Shown one piece after another: positions 13,859 to 27,104 of a DNA stretch of 64,000 bases. Source of the stretch: Cercozoa sp. M6MM (taxonomy: Eukaryota; Protista; Endomyxa: Ascetosporea). The stretch is taken from assembly GCA_040357565.1 (NCBI GenBank), contig JBDODJ010000003.1; one strand, 5' to 3'. The stretch's first letter is position 1, and each line of letters opens with the position of its first letter. Below the pieces are notes generated by a model that had not been told where the DNA came from, did not search any database, and saw only the letters and a list, made by a program, of their open reading frames with translations. Position numbers and translations under genes: made by a program.

Positions 13859-14071
13859 GCCAGACGCTAAAGGTCACCTTACCGTGCAGAATAAAGCACA
13901 GCACAACAAGCACACGCGTGCCTGAGTTTACGTGTGCGGTTACTCTGACCTGCTTTGTTTTTCTTTTGGGTTATGGGGGTGTTGATCACTGATCAGAGCA
14001 CTGCAGCATTCTGATCGTCTCGCTGGTTGTATCATTTTATCTTCATCTCCAAGTTGTTAGTATCCTCGGTT

Positions 14072-15174
14072 TCAGCCTTCCAAACCGGCAGCACGGAGCT
14101 TGGTGCGTTGTGCCTCAGGGATAGCGTCCTTCTCGACACAGGCTCGCATAACCTCGTCTTGACTGCGCGAAATGCCGTGGAGATAAATACAGGTAGAGTT
14201 CAGAAGAATGCAAAATGGAATACGGCGCGTTGAGGCGCTCCCAACCTGGCACGATTGAGCGAAACGTAAGTGCGATACGGTGCGGACACTGGCCTTCAAT
14301 CAACGGCAATTCGTGCATGTGCGTTTCCTGTTTAGTCAGTCCGATCAACGAGCAAAACATATGTGTAAATTTTACGAAGAGCCTGTAGTACCTGCATGTT
14401 GCCGAACATAATCAGAGCAGAACCAGGCGCCGTGAGCACTTCTTTACGTGCGTCAGTGTCGCGATGACGAATGCGGAAGGGACGAGCGCCGCCTAGCGTG
14501 ACCGACACAATGACCTTGTGCTCGCCATGTGCACGCACCTCGTCAAAGTGCTCCGGGATGCGGCCTTCGCCTTATCGCACAAGAAGAAGGCAGACCTCAA
14601 CAAATGCACAAGCTTCGGTGCAGTAAATGCAAGTAAAACTACCTTCGAGGTAGTTGTTGAGCATGCAGGACGTGATGCCAAGTTGCATCGTGTCATTGAG
14701 CATGTGTCGAACCTTGTCGACCTCGACGTCCCACTCTGACGGGTCCAACTTCAGCCCAACATAGGCAAAACGCGTGTCAGAGTCGCCCTGCGGAATGAAT
14801 TTGTATCAAAGTGAGCCTATTTCTTAGGTACTGTACGAAACTACCATGTACAAGGTCAGACGCTCCTGGACGCCATAGTCATCCTCTAGTAACTTGAATT
14901 CTGGCAGTGCGCGGCAGTGTTCAAACGCTGCCTTGGCCTCCTCCTCGTTTAAAAAGTTTGGCAGGTACTACAACAGCCAGTGCTTGGTATTTGCATCTGC
15001 TTGCAGTGTCTATGCGAAACGTACGAGGCACCCCGAACCCTCAAGCTCGGGACGTACAAGCCATTCGGCACCCTGGCACCGAAGCAGTTCGGTCACATTT
15101 GTCACAAAACAAGCACTAGAGAACGATATTCATACAGCCAGGCGCGGCAGCGATTCGTCAAACACGGGAGCCAT
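14072..15174 (-). CDS. AlkB family 2OG-Fe(II) dioxygenase (ALKBH2/3-like)
   Basis: YLPNFLNEEEA..., CMLNNYLEG..IPEHFDE (HxD), IVSVTLGGARPF, GSALIM.GNMQ...MHELP, RIALTFR. Confidence 0.88.
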
Positions 15175-15536
15175 TATCGCTGTGAAGCAAAAAAAACGGC
15201 AATGCAAATATGCACAAAAACTCGGCAAACGCCGCTTGACGCGTTGCCGATGTAAGCGTACCAAAACGGCGAGTGCGTATTCGTTGTCCGAAACCGTGCA
15301 GCGCCACGCTTGGTGCCCAGAGCCCAGTGGCGAGTCGGCGGATTCATTTTGTTGCGTACGTGGTCACCGGCCGATCATCGGGTCACGAATCGCGCGATCG
15401 CTCGGTATGTGATGCTAACTGTACGTTTTGCACTCCAGTTATCAAAGCTCCCGTACAACATCATTACGGGCTCTGGCAATTCAGTTGTTATTCACTTAAT
15501 TTATTTTCCCGAAAAATCCTGTCGCGTCGGTCGCAT

Positions 15537-16448
15537 TTACGTCAATTGTTTGGATACTGTAAGAGGCATCGCATACGTGAGTCTAGAACTGCCGCCGGTC
15601 GCGCGGAGGTGGCGGCGGCGGCGTGTGCTGTCGGCACTCGTAGGGAGCCTGCAACAGCACAAGTACATGTATATTACAGCGTGTACAGCAAAAGGAGACA
15701 ATGCACCCCCGTCTTCCCGGTCCACATGAGGGTCTTGTCGCCTTGTCCAAAGCAGGCAGGCAGCTCCCTGGAGCAAATTAAAAGGATACATCAAGCAGGA
15801 AAACTATGTATGTTCCTTTGTGTGTCCATAAATGTACCAGCACTGACCAAAGTGCGCCTCAGGCAGCGTGAACCGCGTACCGAGCAGACCTTTCATTGCG
15901 CAACCTTTCACACTACCAAACGAGATGGCAGCGATCACACTCACACTCAGTGCCTCGTGGTATACCTTCCTCGGTGATACATGGCGACGTACAGAGCCGC
16001 ACACAGTACGAGCAGCGAGCCCACTTGCAGCACTGCCGGTAGTCGCAGCTCCTCATCGACCTGCTCCTTGTACCACCACCGTGTCAGCAACGTCGCTGAC
16101 ACCGCCAGCAGCGTCAGAGCCAGTGCCAGCACCACGAAACTGCGCCAACAACAACACCACGTGACCGACACAACAGCTTTGTGCAGGCAAAAGTAGAACA
16201 AACTCACCCCTGGTCGAAACTGTTCTGCAGACCGACGATGAGACCAGTCACCACCGTGCAAAGTGCGAACAAGGCGCCCACGATCTGCAAGAACCAGACC
16301 CTACGAGCCAACGAGCTTTGTCGTGGCACGAGGGGCACGACCTGCACATGAGACACACATATTCTCTCAAACAAACGCTCAAAAAATTTAGATCTCATCC
16401 CACCTCGCCTGTAAGCGGCGTGTCCACCGTTGGCGGCTGATCGGCCAT
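15537..16448 (-). CDS. Hypothetical small membrane protein (about 3 TM)
   Basis: MADQPPTVDTPLTGE start; hydrophobic exons IVGALFALCTVVTGLIV, FVVLALALTLLAVSATLL, VGSLLVLCAALYVAM. 3' end uncertain. Confidence 0.5.
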
Positions 16449-16751
16449 GCTAGGATACACTAGCTGATGCAGCCGAGCAAGCTTTGCCGCAGTAGTCTAT
16501 GATTTGGGATCAAAACCGTCTTTACGCCGAAATACAAACCGTCACATTTGCTTGCCGGGGAGTGTCCTTGGTGTGTGCATCGCAGTGCCTGCAGATTGCG
16601 TCGTGTCTGAGTGTTGCCATTCTGTAATAGGCACGCTCCCACGAGAAAATTTCGTGGCTGAATGGGAAGCGCAGCAACCCGAAAAAATGTACAGCAGCAT
16701 ACCGTGTTGCTCACTCTTGGACTGGTATCGATGGTGTTTGTACTGTAGTCA

Positions 16752-19072
16752 ATGGCGGGCGAGGCAGAGACGCCGACACAGGCGCCCGTGTCGACGGAAG
16801 GTATTGATACAAGACGCTTTGTGCTAGGTTGGGAGGGGCAGAACAGCGGCCGCTTGTGTAGATGCAGCCCCGCGACTCAAGAGCGTCGCTGCGACGGTGC
16901 TGTCCAACCCCGAGGAGGCCGCTGCCTTGGTTCCTCGACTGCGACACATGGGACCGCTCTACCTGACCAAGTACTGTAGTGCTAAAGCAAGCCATCTCTC
17001 CCCTAAAGTGTGACTGTGTTGTGTATGTGTTGTGTTGTGCTTGACAGGTTCGTGTCGATCACGGTGTTTCGGTTCTCGACGATTTATGCCGGCGATCTGT
17101 CCTCCTCTGGTGCGGGAGTGTTTTGAAAATGTGTGTTTGTGTTTACCAGTTAGATTAAACTACACTGGGCAGCTGACATCACGGAGGACCAGTTGCTGAC
17201 TATTCTGGCCATTCACGAAATGATGGGCGTGCTGCTTCGTAGCTTTTGCTGCTACAGGTGGATTTGTTTGTTTGTATTTTATGTGTGGTTTCTGTAGCAT
17301 TGTATGGCCCAGTGTCGGATCAGCTGGGGCACAGACGCATGTTCTGCAGCATGCTCGTGTTGCAAGGTACAGTTGCATTCATGTAGATTTAGCATGGGAG
17401 GTATATGATAATTTTATGGTCTACGGTTTCCTTAGGAGTGGCAAGTGCACTGTTGGCACTGTGTAAGGGTCACGTGGCACCCATGGCGGTCATCTACTGC
17501 ATTGAGAACTTTGCCTGGAACGCGTTTGCTTCGTCCCAGCAGAGGTACACCTCTTTGCTTGTATCATTTCGATGAATATATGTATCTCAGTGCACTGGGC
17601 CTGCTGCTGCCTCCTGATCGACTGCAGTCGGTATGACTTGACTTGTTAGTGTTGGTTGGTGTGATTGTATGTTTGTACAGATCACTGGCATGATGGAAAG
17701 TGCCTGGCCTCTTGCTGCCATTGTCGGCTTTCCTGTCATGGGTGGTACCTCCAGTCTTTGCTTTTTCTGTCCTCCTTCCATCTCTTATCTGCCTAGCCTT
17801 GGTGTCAAAAATGAGCTGGGAAGCACTTTGGCTGCTGTTGGGTGCCTTGTGTGTCGTACTGGGAGCGCTGTGTGCCGTAACTTTCGTGCCGACCAAGCGC
17901 GTGGAAGATCTCGTGCGCGAGTCGTCCGCGACATCCGAGTCGGTGCTGCGACAAGTCTTTAACAATATGTACGTCTGTACTGTGAATTACCGTATACTTT
18001 TATCTATCCGTCTATGTGTTTGCAGCAAGGGAATGGCCACTCACCCGGCAACGGTCAAGTGCATGTTCAGTTCGATGCTTCTGGGTGTGACACAAGCCTT
18101 TGGTTTCGCCATGTTCAACCGGTATACTCTTCACCCCTTGCCCTCCCCCTCCCCACCCCAACCTCTGTTGATTGACAGGTGGTTGGATGAAGTGCACCAC
18201 TGGGACACGGACTCCCGGAGTCTCGGCACAATGACGATCGGCTTTGGCGAACTTGTGGGTGCTGTGGGTCTCTCTCTGATCGTCAAGTATTTCGGACTGT
18301 TGCGTATGGCCCAGTTGGCCAATCTGGGTACTGTCTCTCTTCGCTCAGTTTAATTGCTGAAGTATAACCCGTGGTTTCCTTCTTTGCAGGCATCATTTTG
18401 TCGTCGGTCTTGTTCGCACTGACCTATAAGAACGTCGTCGTTGGTCTTATCTGCTACTTCTTCATTATGCTCACGGTCGAACTCGGCGCTGTCTCTTTCA
18501 TTGCGTACGCTCTGATTTCTGAGGAGGGGTAAATGAGATTTGCACGTGGAGGTTGGATCAGTTGGGGACCCTCGTTGGAAATGGCTCGTTCGCCGCGTGC
18601 TTTCGGCACGTGTGTTGCCTCGGTGTTTGCCACGCAGGCCCTGGGTACTTCCTTGTTGTACTGTTTTGTAGTGGTTTGTGCACTCTGACTGATTGATAGG
18701 CCGCATGATTGGTATCTTTCTGTCGCCGGCCATCTGGGAGGCCAAGGGCATGCACAAGGCGCGTGGTGGTACCTCGTGTCAAGTCAGGACCAGTGTTTGC
18801 CTTGGTTTACGTGTTCTGTGGAGTGTAGTCTTTTTGGTGTGCGCTGCATTCGCCGCATTGTCGCTGCTCAACTTGGTTACGTTGCGCGTCCGACCGGGTG
18901 CGTTGGGTGCTTGCATAAGCATGCGACTGTACTATGTATATGTGTGTGCACAGTGGAAGAAGCTGCTGAAGGTGAAAGCACGAGTACTGATATCGAGATG
19001 GACGTGGGCGTCCAGCAGCACGAGCAGGTGGCTGGTGCTCTTCTTGACTCGGACGAACGCACAGTCGATTAA
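16752..19072 (+). CDS. Major facilitator superfamily transporter, many exons
   Basis: About 12 hydrophobic segments; ITGMMESAWPLAAIVGFPVM, SWEALWLLLG, GFGELVGAVGLSLIVKYFGLLR, GRMIGIFLSPAIW; acidic C-tail. Confidence 0.72.
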
Positions 19073-19230
19073 TGAACATTTTCACGTTCACCGATGACGA
19101 AGGGCTCTTTATCGAACGGCGGCACACGGATGCGTGTGTATGAGTGCCGTACGTACCCGTCGCGTAGTGATGCGCCCAGTCGCGATCGAGTGCGCGATGT
19201 TACCTATGATTTCGATCGATTTCAGCACTG

Positions 19231-19231
<1 letters not shown>

Positions 19232-19278
<47 letters not shown>

Positions 19279-19288
19279 NNNNNNNNNN

Positions 19289-19335
<47 letters not shown>
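19232..19335. repeat. (CA)n microsatellite containing 10-N gap (19279-19288), intergenic
   Basis: Direct observation. Confidence 0.95.
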
Positions 19336-19337
<2 letters not shown>

Positions 19338-19618
19338 CGCACGCACCCCGGTTCTTTCAAATCGTTTAAAGTAATAAGCTATCACTTAAAACTTATGGTA
19401 TTCTGAGGTCGCGAGTGAACAGGGATTGCAAGAAACAACTGCCGGATTCCGAGTCGGTACGAGATTTGGGTATTACTGTAGGGAATTTCGAAGCACCACT
19501 TAAACTTCAGTTCCTTTGAAGTTTCTGCGCTGTATAACTACCTGATTAAACTTAGCGACTTTCTGTATGGAATTCCCATGATCGTACGCAACACGACGGC
19601 TCGCTCGTCTAACGTAAG

Positions 19619-20895
19619 CTACTCAGGCGCGGGCTTTTGCTGCTGCTCCTGTTGTTGCTTCTGCTCCTCCTCGGCCAGGTGCACCAGGTTGTACCGCAGC
19701 ATGTCCTGTTCACATGCCACATATATTTTAGCATTTAACACACACACACTTCAAGAAGCAAAAGATGTGGGATACGTCCAATTCGCCACGGTCCAGCAGT
19801 TTCTCGGGTGGTCGCTGCTCGAACTTCGTTCGGTGATCCACCACGACACCTGCAGGAAAGTAAGGGAGCTGGAAGAATAACAAAGCGCGTAAATAGACAC
19901 TACCAGCATCCATGATGAAGGTGCGGATCTGACTTCCGAACTCCACAGCATCCAACTCGCTACGGGGGGGGGGGGGATGAAGAAATGGAAGGTAAGAGGG
20001 TTGGGGGTAAAGAACTACCGCAGCGAGGATTGCACCTCCTGTTGCCTCTGCTCTTCCATCAGAGCTGCCACACGCGAGTACAGCATCTTCATAGCCTCGC
20101 TACGATTGGCGTCCTACGGGCGGGGATAAATGGGGTTAAGATATGAGGGGTAAGGGAGGTCACCTGTGATCGAGAGCTCTGTGACTTGGCCTGGATGCCA
20201 CTCGGAATGTGCGTGATTCGCACCTGATCATATAGATGGTCTGATAGATACACATATGTATTAAATATATAGATAGACAGATAGATAGATAGATAGATAG
20301 ATAGGGAGGTAGATAGATAACTATATTATACATATATGATAGATAGGTAGACGGGGTACAGCGGAGTCAGTGACGTTGACATGCTGTCCGCCAGCACCGC
20401 CTGCTCGCATCGTTTCGATCTTGAGGTCCTGTTAGGGGTAAGAGAGTAAACGAAAGATGATGCGGGGGATGCCGTAGGAGATAGGAAGTACCTTCTTGGG
20501 AATGACAAAGTCAGTGTCAGCTTCGGCGACTTCAGGAGTGACCTTGATGCCCGTGAAGAGCGTCTGCCGCTTTGGGTTTTGCACAATGGCACGGTGCACT
20601 CCGTGCTCATGTCGCAGCCATCCTACAGACACACATGTACGTTAGCCCTCTGCCCCTCATACAGACCGAAACACACCATAGGCATTGTCGCCATCGATAC
20701 GCAAAGTGGCACCCGAGATGCCACCTACAAAAGTACTACAGGTTAACAACAAAACAGAGTCGTTTTCGGCACTACCTTCTGCGTGCGGAGTTTCGTCCAG
20801 CACGCTGCACGAGAAACCAAAACGCGTAGCAAATCGTTCGTACTACACGCGGGGATACAAATGAACTGTGTGTGTGTGTGCGTGTGTGTGTGTGT

Positions 20896-20949
<54 letters not shown>

Positions 20950-21941
20950 AGCAACGTACCATGCGTAACAGCTGTTCTGCCCAGCCACGCGAGGCTACGC
21001 CACCGGCGCCTGGCTACAAAGAGAGGGTCAAAACATGGTGAAGGAGGTTATAAATGTTAATACGTTGAAGTGCATGAAGCAGCCATTTTCGGCGAACTTG
21101 TGATTCATGTGGAGCTTGCTATTGACATACACAAATTGATGCATATTTGCTCTAGAATGTAACCCTAGAGTATGGAGTACAGTTCGAGTTCTTCAGCAGT
21201 AGCATCGGCCTCCCTGAGACTCTCTTGCACCTTTTTTCCAAGTATAGTTATATGCCCAGATACATACAAACACATGCAAAGCTACGTCAGCCAGAATGTC
21301 TGGGTCACTGCTGTCTTCCATGCGAAGCAACTCGAGTGATTCTTCAGCGTCCTCTGCCTACAGAGGAGGTAAGGACACAAGCAAGGGTATAGGTAAAGGC
21401 AGAGAAAAGGTTAGAAATATACAGCATGTCTTAAGGCGTCCAAATCGGCCAATCGTTTGCGCAGAGCGCCGTGTCGTTTCATCGTGCCCTGAACGACGTC
21501 GTTATCGCTTTCCCTGCCGCACGAAGGTAGACAAGGCAAACAGAGATCAACAAAGTGTACCAGAAGGAAGAGTCTCCCATCTTCTCTTCCAGTTCGACCA
21601 ACCGCTCTCGCAACTGAACAATGCTCTCACAATACAAAAACCAAAGCAAACAAGCGGCGAATAAAAAAATAGTCAACACAAATCCAGTGTACACACAGGA
21701 TACAACCTAAATCAGTCATAACAAGACACCTTTGGCACGTCAAGTCGCGCCTCCAGAAACTCCAGTCGTTGCCGAGCTTGCGAGAGCGACTCTTCCAGCT
21801 CGCCCTGTCCAATCAGTGTGTACTTATCACAGGCACAAGTGAAATAAGTCTTACCAAACTAGCGTTGTTCGAGGTGGTGCTGAGGTGCCTTAAGTGACCC
21901 CAGCGCGCAACCGCGCGGCACGGTCGTGCCTGCATCATCAT
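19619..21941 (-). CDS. Mitochondrial peptide chain release factor 2-like protein (GGQ intact, SPF motif absent)
   Basis: Presequence-like [22 protein letters not shown]; [22 protein letters not shown]...[16 protein letters not shown]...[32 protein letters not shown]...RSQ..N...EFGSQIRTF. This is RF2 rather than RF1 architecture. Confidence 0.9.
20867..20948. repeat. (TG)n microsatellite in RF2 intron
   Basis: Direct observation. Confidence 0.95.
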
Positions 21942-22267
21942 CTCAAAAACAATGAACCGCGCACGCTAGAGAATGCGAACGTGCTCAATCACTTCAACAC
22001 AGTACAGGCACACGTGTGTACATGCAGAACCATCCGCTAAACGGCCTGGAATTCAACTTGAAGCGACTTGAAAAAAATCCCGAGTCTTTCACACCATTCC
22101 AGAACCAGTAACCACCGCAGCACCTCGGCAATGCGGTGACGAATCCGCCTGCTTGAACGCATGCCGAGTCCAATTTACGATTTAATCGAGAATACATAAA
22201 TTGATCAACTGAAGTTGACACCGAGTGAGTGCAACATCATAGGATCATAGTAGAGGCCAGCGCGAGT

Positions 22268-23935
22268 TTAGAAGTTGAGGCCGAGCGACAGGGCGTTGGT
22301 GGAGCCGCCGGACGACGGCGAGTACATCGTGGTGGCGTTGAAGGAGAAGGTGGCGCCGCCCGTCGGTGCCGCACCGGCCTGTCCATTAGACACAATACTA
22401 GCACGTGGCCACAGTGGCTACAGGAGTGGCTACATTGAACTGCGTGACAGCCTTGACGTCGCCTTCGGAGGAAACCGAGACGCCGAGGGCGACGTTCTGG
22501 CCCTGTACCTTGGCGAACACCTCGCTCTGCACGCCCTGCGGGTCCTTGGGCACGCCCTGTTGGGGGGGGGGGTACAAAGTATGGGGATGGGGATAAAGTA
22601 TATATGGGGGAGGCACCTGGCCAACCAGACGAGCGCCGAGCTTGAACTGCTTGCCCACCGAGCGCATGTACATGAGTGCCCACTGCGGCGGCATGGCCGA
22701 CGGCATGAAGGGAGGAGCGAGGCCGCCCAGCATGGCACCGGCGTAGTGACCGCCGCGCTTCCACTGCGCCAGCGCGTCGAACATCACGGGCGACGCGCCC
22801 TGCTGCATGGCCATCGGTGCGAACATGGCCTGCACGCCGATCTTGGCGTGCCTCATGGCTGCGGGACCAAAGAGAAAGGTAACGGAGTAAGGTAACAGCA
22901 GGGTAAGGAGGGATGGTTAAGGAGGGCTTGGGTAAGTATGGACGGGAAAAGTAGAGAGGATATAAGGAGGAACGGGATAAGTAGGGGTAGAAGGTAAGAG
23001 GGGTAAAGCTACGCGTCAGAGCGACGCCAAGCGCCAACTCCGACGACAACAGCGGCGCCGACAGTGCCTGCATCTGCATCTGGAACGACACGCGCGGACG
23101 GCCACGACTGCTCGGTCATCGGAACAGGGGGTAAAGGGTAAGAAAATAGAGTAAGGGGGGAGGGGTAAACTACGTGCGAAGCGTCGACGACACGCCAAGC
23201 TGCGGCGAGAAGGACGTGCGGATCGTGCCGCCTACGGTGGGGATAACATGGATATAGGGGGGGGGGGGTAAAGACACTGGCTACCCTTGGCAAGACGAGC
23301 GCGCGACTGGAAGCCGTACGACACCATCGACTGCGTGCGCATGCGCGGCAGCGTCATCTTCTGTGCCGCCTGGAAGCTCACGTCGCCCGTAGACTTCCTG
23401 TCGACAGGGGTATGGGTATCGGGTGGGGGGGGGTAACACGGGTGAGTACCACGTGACGCCGCGCTGTGACTCGTTGCTCATCTCGATAAGCGAGGCCGTG
23501 GCATTCGCCACATCGCGCGGCCTACCGTACAGAGTATTTCTATGTGTCCACGCGGACAGCTAGAGCGCACACAAAGCATACCGTCCCATTGGACCGATCG
23601 ACTTGCCGTGCAGCTGCGTCGCCGTGCTGAACTGCAGCATGTGCGACGCCGACACCGATAGCACCTTGGTCATACGCAGCGACAGACCGGTCACGAAACT
23701 ACGCAATACGCGCGGACAGTCCAGTCCACATTTCCACCCAAACTGTGTTTTGCAAATATTACGGTCCGCCTTCGCTCATGCGGTCGACCGGCGTAGCGCG
23801 CAGCTTGCCCTGCAGATCGCCGAACTCGGCGGGCTCGCCACCTGCACCTGTCACACATGATGAGATTGCCCAAATCGCTCTAACCAACCATTAAAAATTA
23901 CTACGCACTCTGCTGACGAACATACCTTCAGACAT
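22268..23935 (-). CDS. TOM40: Tom40-like mitochondrial outer-membrane beta-barrel (porin_3 family)
   Basis: N-terminal EPAEFGDLQGKL, then FVTGLSLRMTKVLS...; alternating amphipathic beta-strands; C-terminal beta-signal ALSLGLNF*. Confidence 0.68.
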
Positions 23936-24252
23936 GACTGTGTGTTATAAATCCGCCTCTGCGTACACACAAGCGTCGGCGTGTGCTGGAGCGCAAAACC
24001 TGTCCGGACGTCCCCTTTAAGTGGGGCCGACCTGGTCATAAACTCAGTCCGTGTGGACTGACGAAGCCAGCTCGAGTGTGCTGCACGCAGACGAGAGCAC
24101 ACAAGGAGTGTGGTGGTGTGCCAGTTGATTGTATCGTGGGCTAACCGAAGTCCAGCTGCGATCTGTTCGCAAGCAAACCATTCTGGTTGGTCTGGTTTCG
24201 AAAACTTGATCTGCCAGTTGTCCAGGCGAGTTCTCTGTTGCTTTTGGTTCAG

Positions 24253-26670
24253 ATGCAAGCGAACGAGTTTCCAGCCGCAGCGCAGCATCGTTTGTTCGAG
24301 TACTGCGCTTTGGTGGGCATTCCGAGCGAGGCAGACCCGTCTGTGAACACCAAGGTGCCTTGTCTAGTTGGCACTTGGGAAGGCAGCTGTATCGACTTGC
24401 ATTGTGGCAGCTGGCGAGTGCTGTGCGTGCTGTGCCGAAGCCAGAGCAAGCACGAAATGGCATAAACGTTTCATTCTCGGCCAGCGTGCTGTGGTAGCCT
24501 TCTTGCCCCCTCCGTTACCCCCTTTACCCCTGTTACCCACCCCCTCAGGCGATACCCAAAGAAAGACCATGCCGATTACGCGTTGCAACAACGTGAACTA
24601 GTCGATGCGTGTTTCCCTGTATAGTCGCACTTTCGTTCTCGTATTTGTCTGCATATTATTTTAGTTAAGGCTGCGTTGTGTAGGCCGGTCTGCCTCTGCG
24701 GTGTGGCAAGGCTCCGGCGCCGGCACTGCACGATTTCGTTCTCACCGACTGCACTGGCGCACAGGGCTCCCGGGTGCCTTTTTTCAAAGGAATTAAAGGG
24801 AGGGTACAATGAGGGGTCTAATGGGGCTATAGGTCTACGGCACGGCACTCGTGTTCTACGCGCGTCTGCCGCCGGCGCGACGTCGCATCGTCTCCTCGTC
24901 GCTCGACCTGTACGATTCTACGGGGAGGGGGTGGGGGTAAAAGAGAATAAAGTGGGGTAAAGACGCAGTGTGCGCAGTCGGAGCGAGCAAGAGTGGTTCG
25001 TTGGACGCGCCTTGTTGCTGCTGTCGAGTGGCGACTTTGCCGAGGCGTCACGTGCCACAGTCGCCGCCATCTTCCGCTCCTTCTGTCTCGCCACCGACGG
25101 TAGCACTTGCCTGGGGGGTTAACAGGAAGGGGGGGTATGGGGTGAGGTAAGGGCCCATGGGACAAGGGCTGGGGTACGGCAAGAGGGGGGTATAACTGCA
25201 CTTACACGTGGCAGGCGCGGCGGAGCGTCTGCTGGTGGCGGCGATGCACGACGTGCGCGTGCCGCAGACAGGGTCGGCCACGTGGCTACACCTGGACGAC
25301 GGTGACACGGTGCGTTTCGTGCGGCGACCACTGGCGTGTCCACCGTCGCTGCCTCTGTTGGCACGTGTCACTGTCAGTGGCACCAGTGGTAGTGACACCG
25401 TCATAGGTACAGACAGTGACCGAGGTGACCTGGGAGCCTCCTTGGAGCTGGGCGAACCGTCGCACGTGTCACCGACGGTGCGAGTGAGCACGTGGCACCC
25501 TGTCAGCACTCTGAGTGACCACGTGATCGGCACCGTCATGGCGGCACTGCTGACCGAGCGGCGCGTTCTCGTCATCGCCGATCGCGTCGGTTCGCTCGTG
25601 CCACTCGCGTCCTTCTTCCTGGTGCTTTACCCCGCTTTACCCAACCCCCTTACTCCCTCTTTACCCCTCACCCCCTCTTTGGCCCCTCTTTGCCCCTCCT
25701 CTTCCCCCTCTTTACTCCACTTTATCCCCTCCTCTTTACTCCTTCTTTAACCTCCCCCCTTTACCCCCTCTTTACCTCTACTTCTCTGACCCTTACCCCC
25801 TCCCCGAGTAGTCGGCGATGTGGCCGCTGTACTGGACGCACTTGTACGTTCCTGTGGTAGTTTTACCCCCTTACTCCTTAACCTACTCAGCCCCTTTACC
25901 CCCTTCAACCCCTTTAACCCTTTACCCCCGCCCCAGGCCTCACGCACACAGCTGCGCAACCTCGCGAACAATGCGCCAACAGCACTACCGGTGTGTACAC
26001 TTTTGTCCCTTAAAACAAGGATCCTTTAACTAGATGCACCTCCCTTAACTACCTGTTCAGTACGCCCCTATCTAACTTTAAACGCACCCTTAAATGCAGT
26101 TTTTGGTGGGCACGCTGCGCGTCAATGTTTTCGGCAACGGAATGCGCGCGCCGGTCGACACGCTCGTCTGTAGTTTTACCCCCCCCCCCCCCCCACCCCT
26201 TCTTTACCCCCTTCTTTATCAGCCTTCTTTACCCTTACCGCTTTACCCCCCCTCCCCACCTCTCAGTGGACGCCGAGCGCGGCGATCTGCTGCTGTCGGA
26301 CGTCGACGGCGCCGTGCGGCCGCTGCAGGGGTCTGTTTCTTTTTTGTTAAGGGGGTGGTTTTTTGTTTAAGGGGATCTATCTGATCAATAAGGTCGATTT
26401 GTGTCTAATTAAAGGGGTGTATTGTTGAGTAAAAGGAGTTTGAATAATACCAATTTTTGTTATCTCGTGTGTATTATTCGTGTATATTTTAAATGCAGTT
26501 AATGTACCCCGATTGATTAGGGAGTGTGTATCTTACTTAAGGGGGTGTCTTGTAGGACCGGAGCGCCGACGCTGCCGGCGCAGTTCGGCGAGCTGCGTGG
26601 AACGCTGGCGGCACTCGTCCGCGCGGTCGGCCGACCCGAGCTGCTGGAGCGACAGCTCGCGCTCATGCAG
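24253..26670 (+). CDS. DENN domain protein (Rab GEF), 3' end lost in assembly gap
   Basis: LFEYCALVG, RYPKKDH...CFP (uDENN), AALLTERRVLVIA...L, WPLYWTHLYVPV, PFLVG-like motif, VDAERG. Confidence 0.82.
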
Positions 26671-26675
26671 GTGCT

Positions 26676-26830
26676 TTACCCCTTACCCCCTATTCCCTAC
26701 CCTCTTCCCCTATTCCCTACCCCCTTCCCTATTCCCTACCCCCTTCCCCCTATTCCCTACCCCCTTCCCCCTATTCCCTACCCCCTTCCCCCTATTCCCT
26801 ACCCCCTTCCCCCTATTCCCTACCCCCTTC
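26676..26830 (+). repeat. About 21-nt tandem repeat CCCTATTCCCTACCCCCTTCC running into a 100-N gap
   Basis: About 7 near-identical units in a DENN intron. Confidence 0.9.
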
Positions 26831-27103
<273 letters not shown>

Positions 27104-27104
27104 T

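Noticed and set aside
21735-21762. Active programmed frameshift in the RF2 gene
   Set aside because: The reading frame is continuous (CTT GAC) with no in-frame TGA.
26676-26830. Possible CRISPR array or telomere
   Set aside because: Tandem units have no spacers, there are no cas genes, and the context is a eukaryotic intron. The unit is not a clean telomeric repeat and is internal to a gene.
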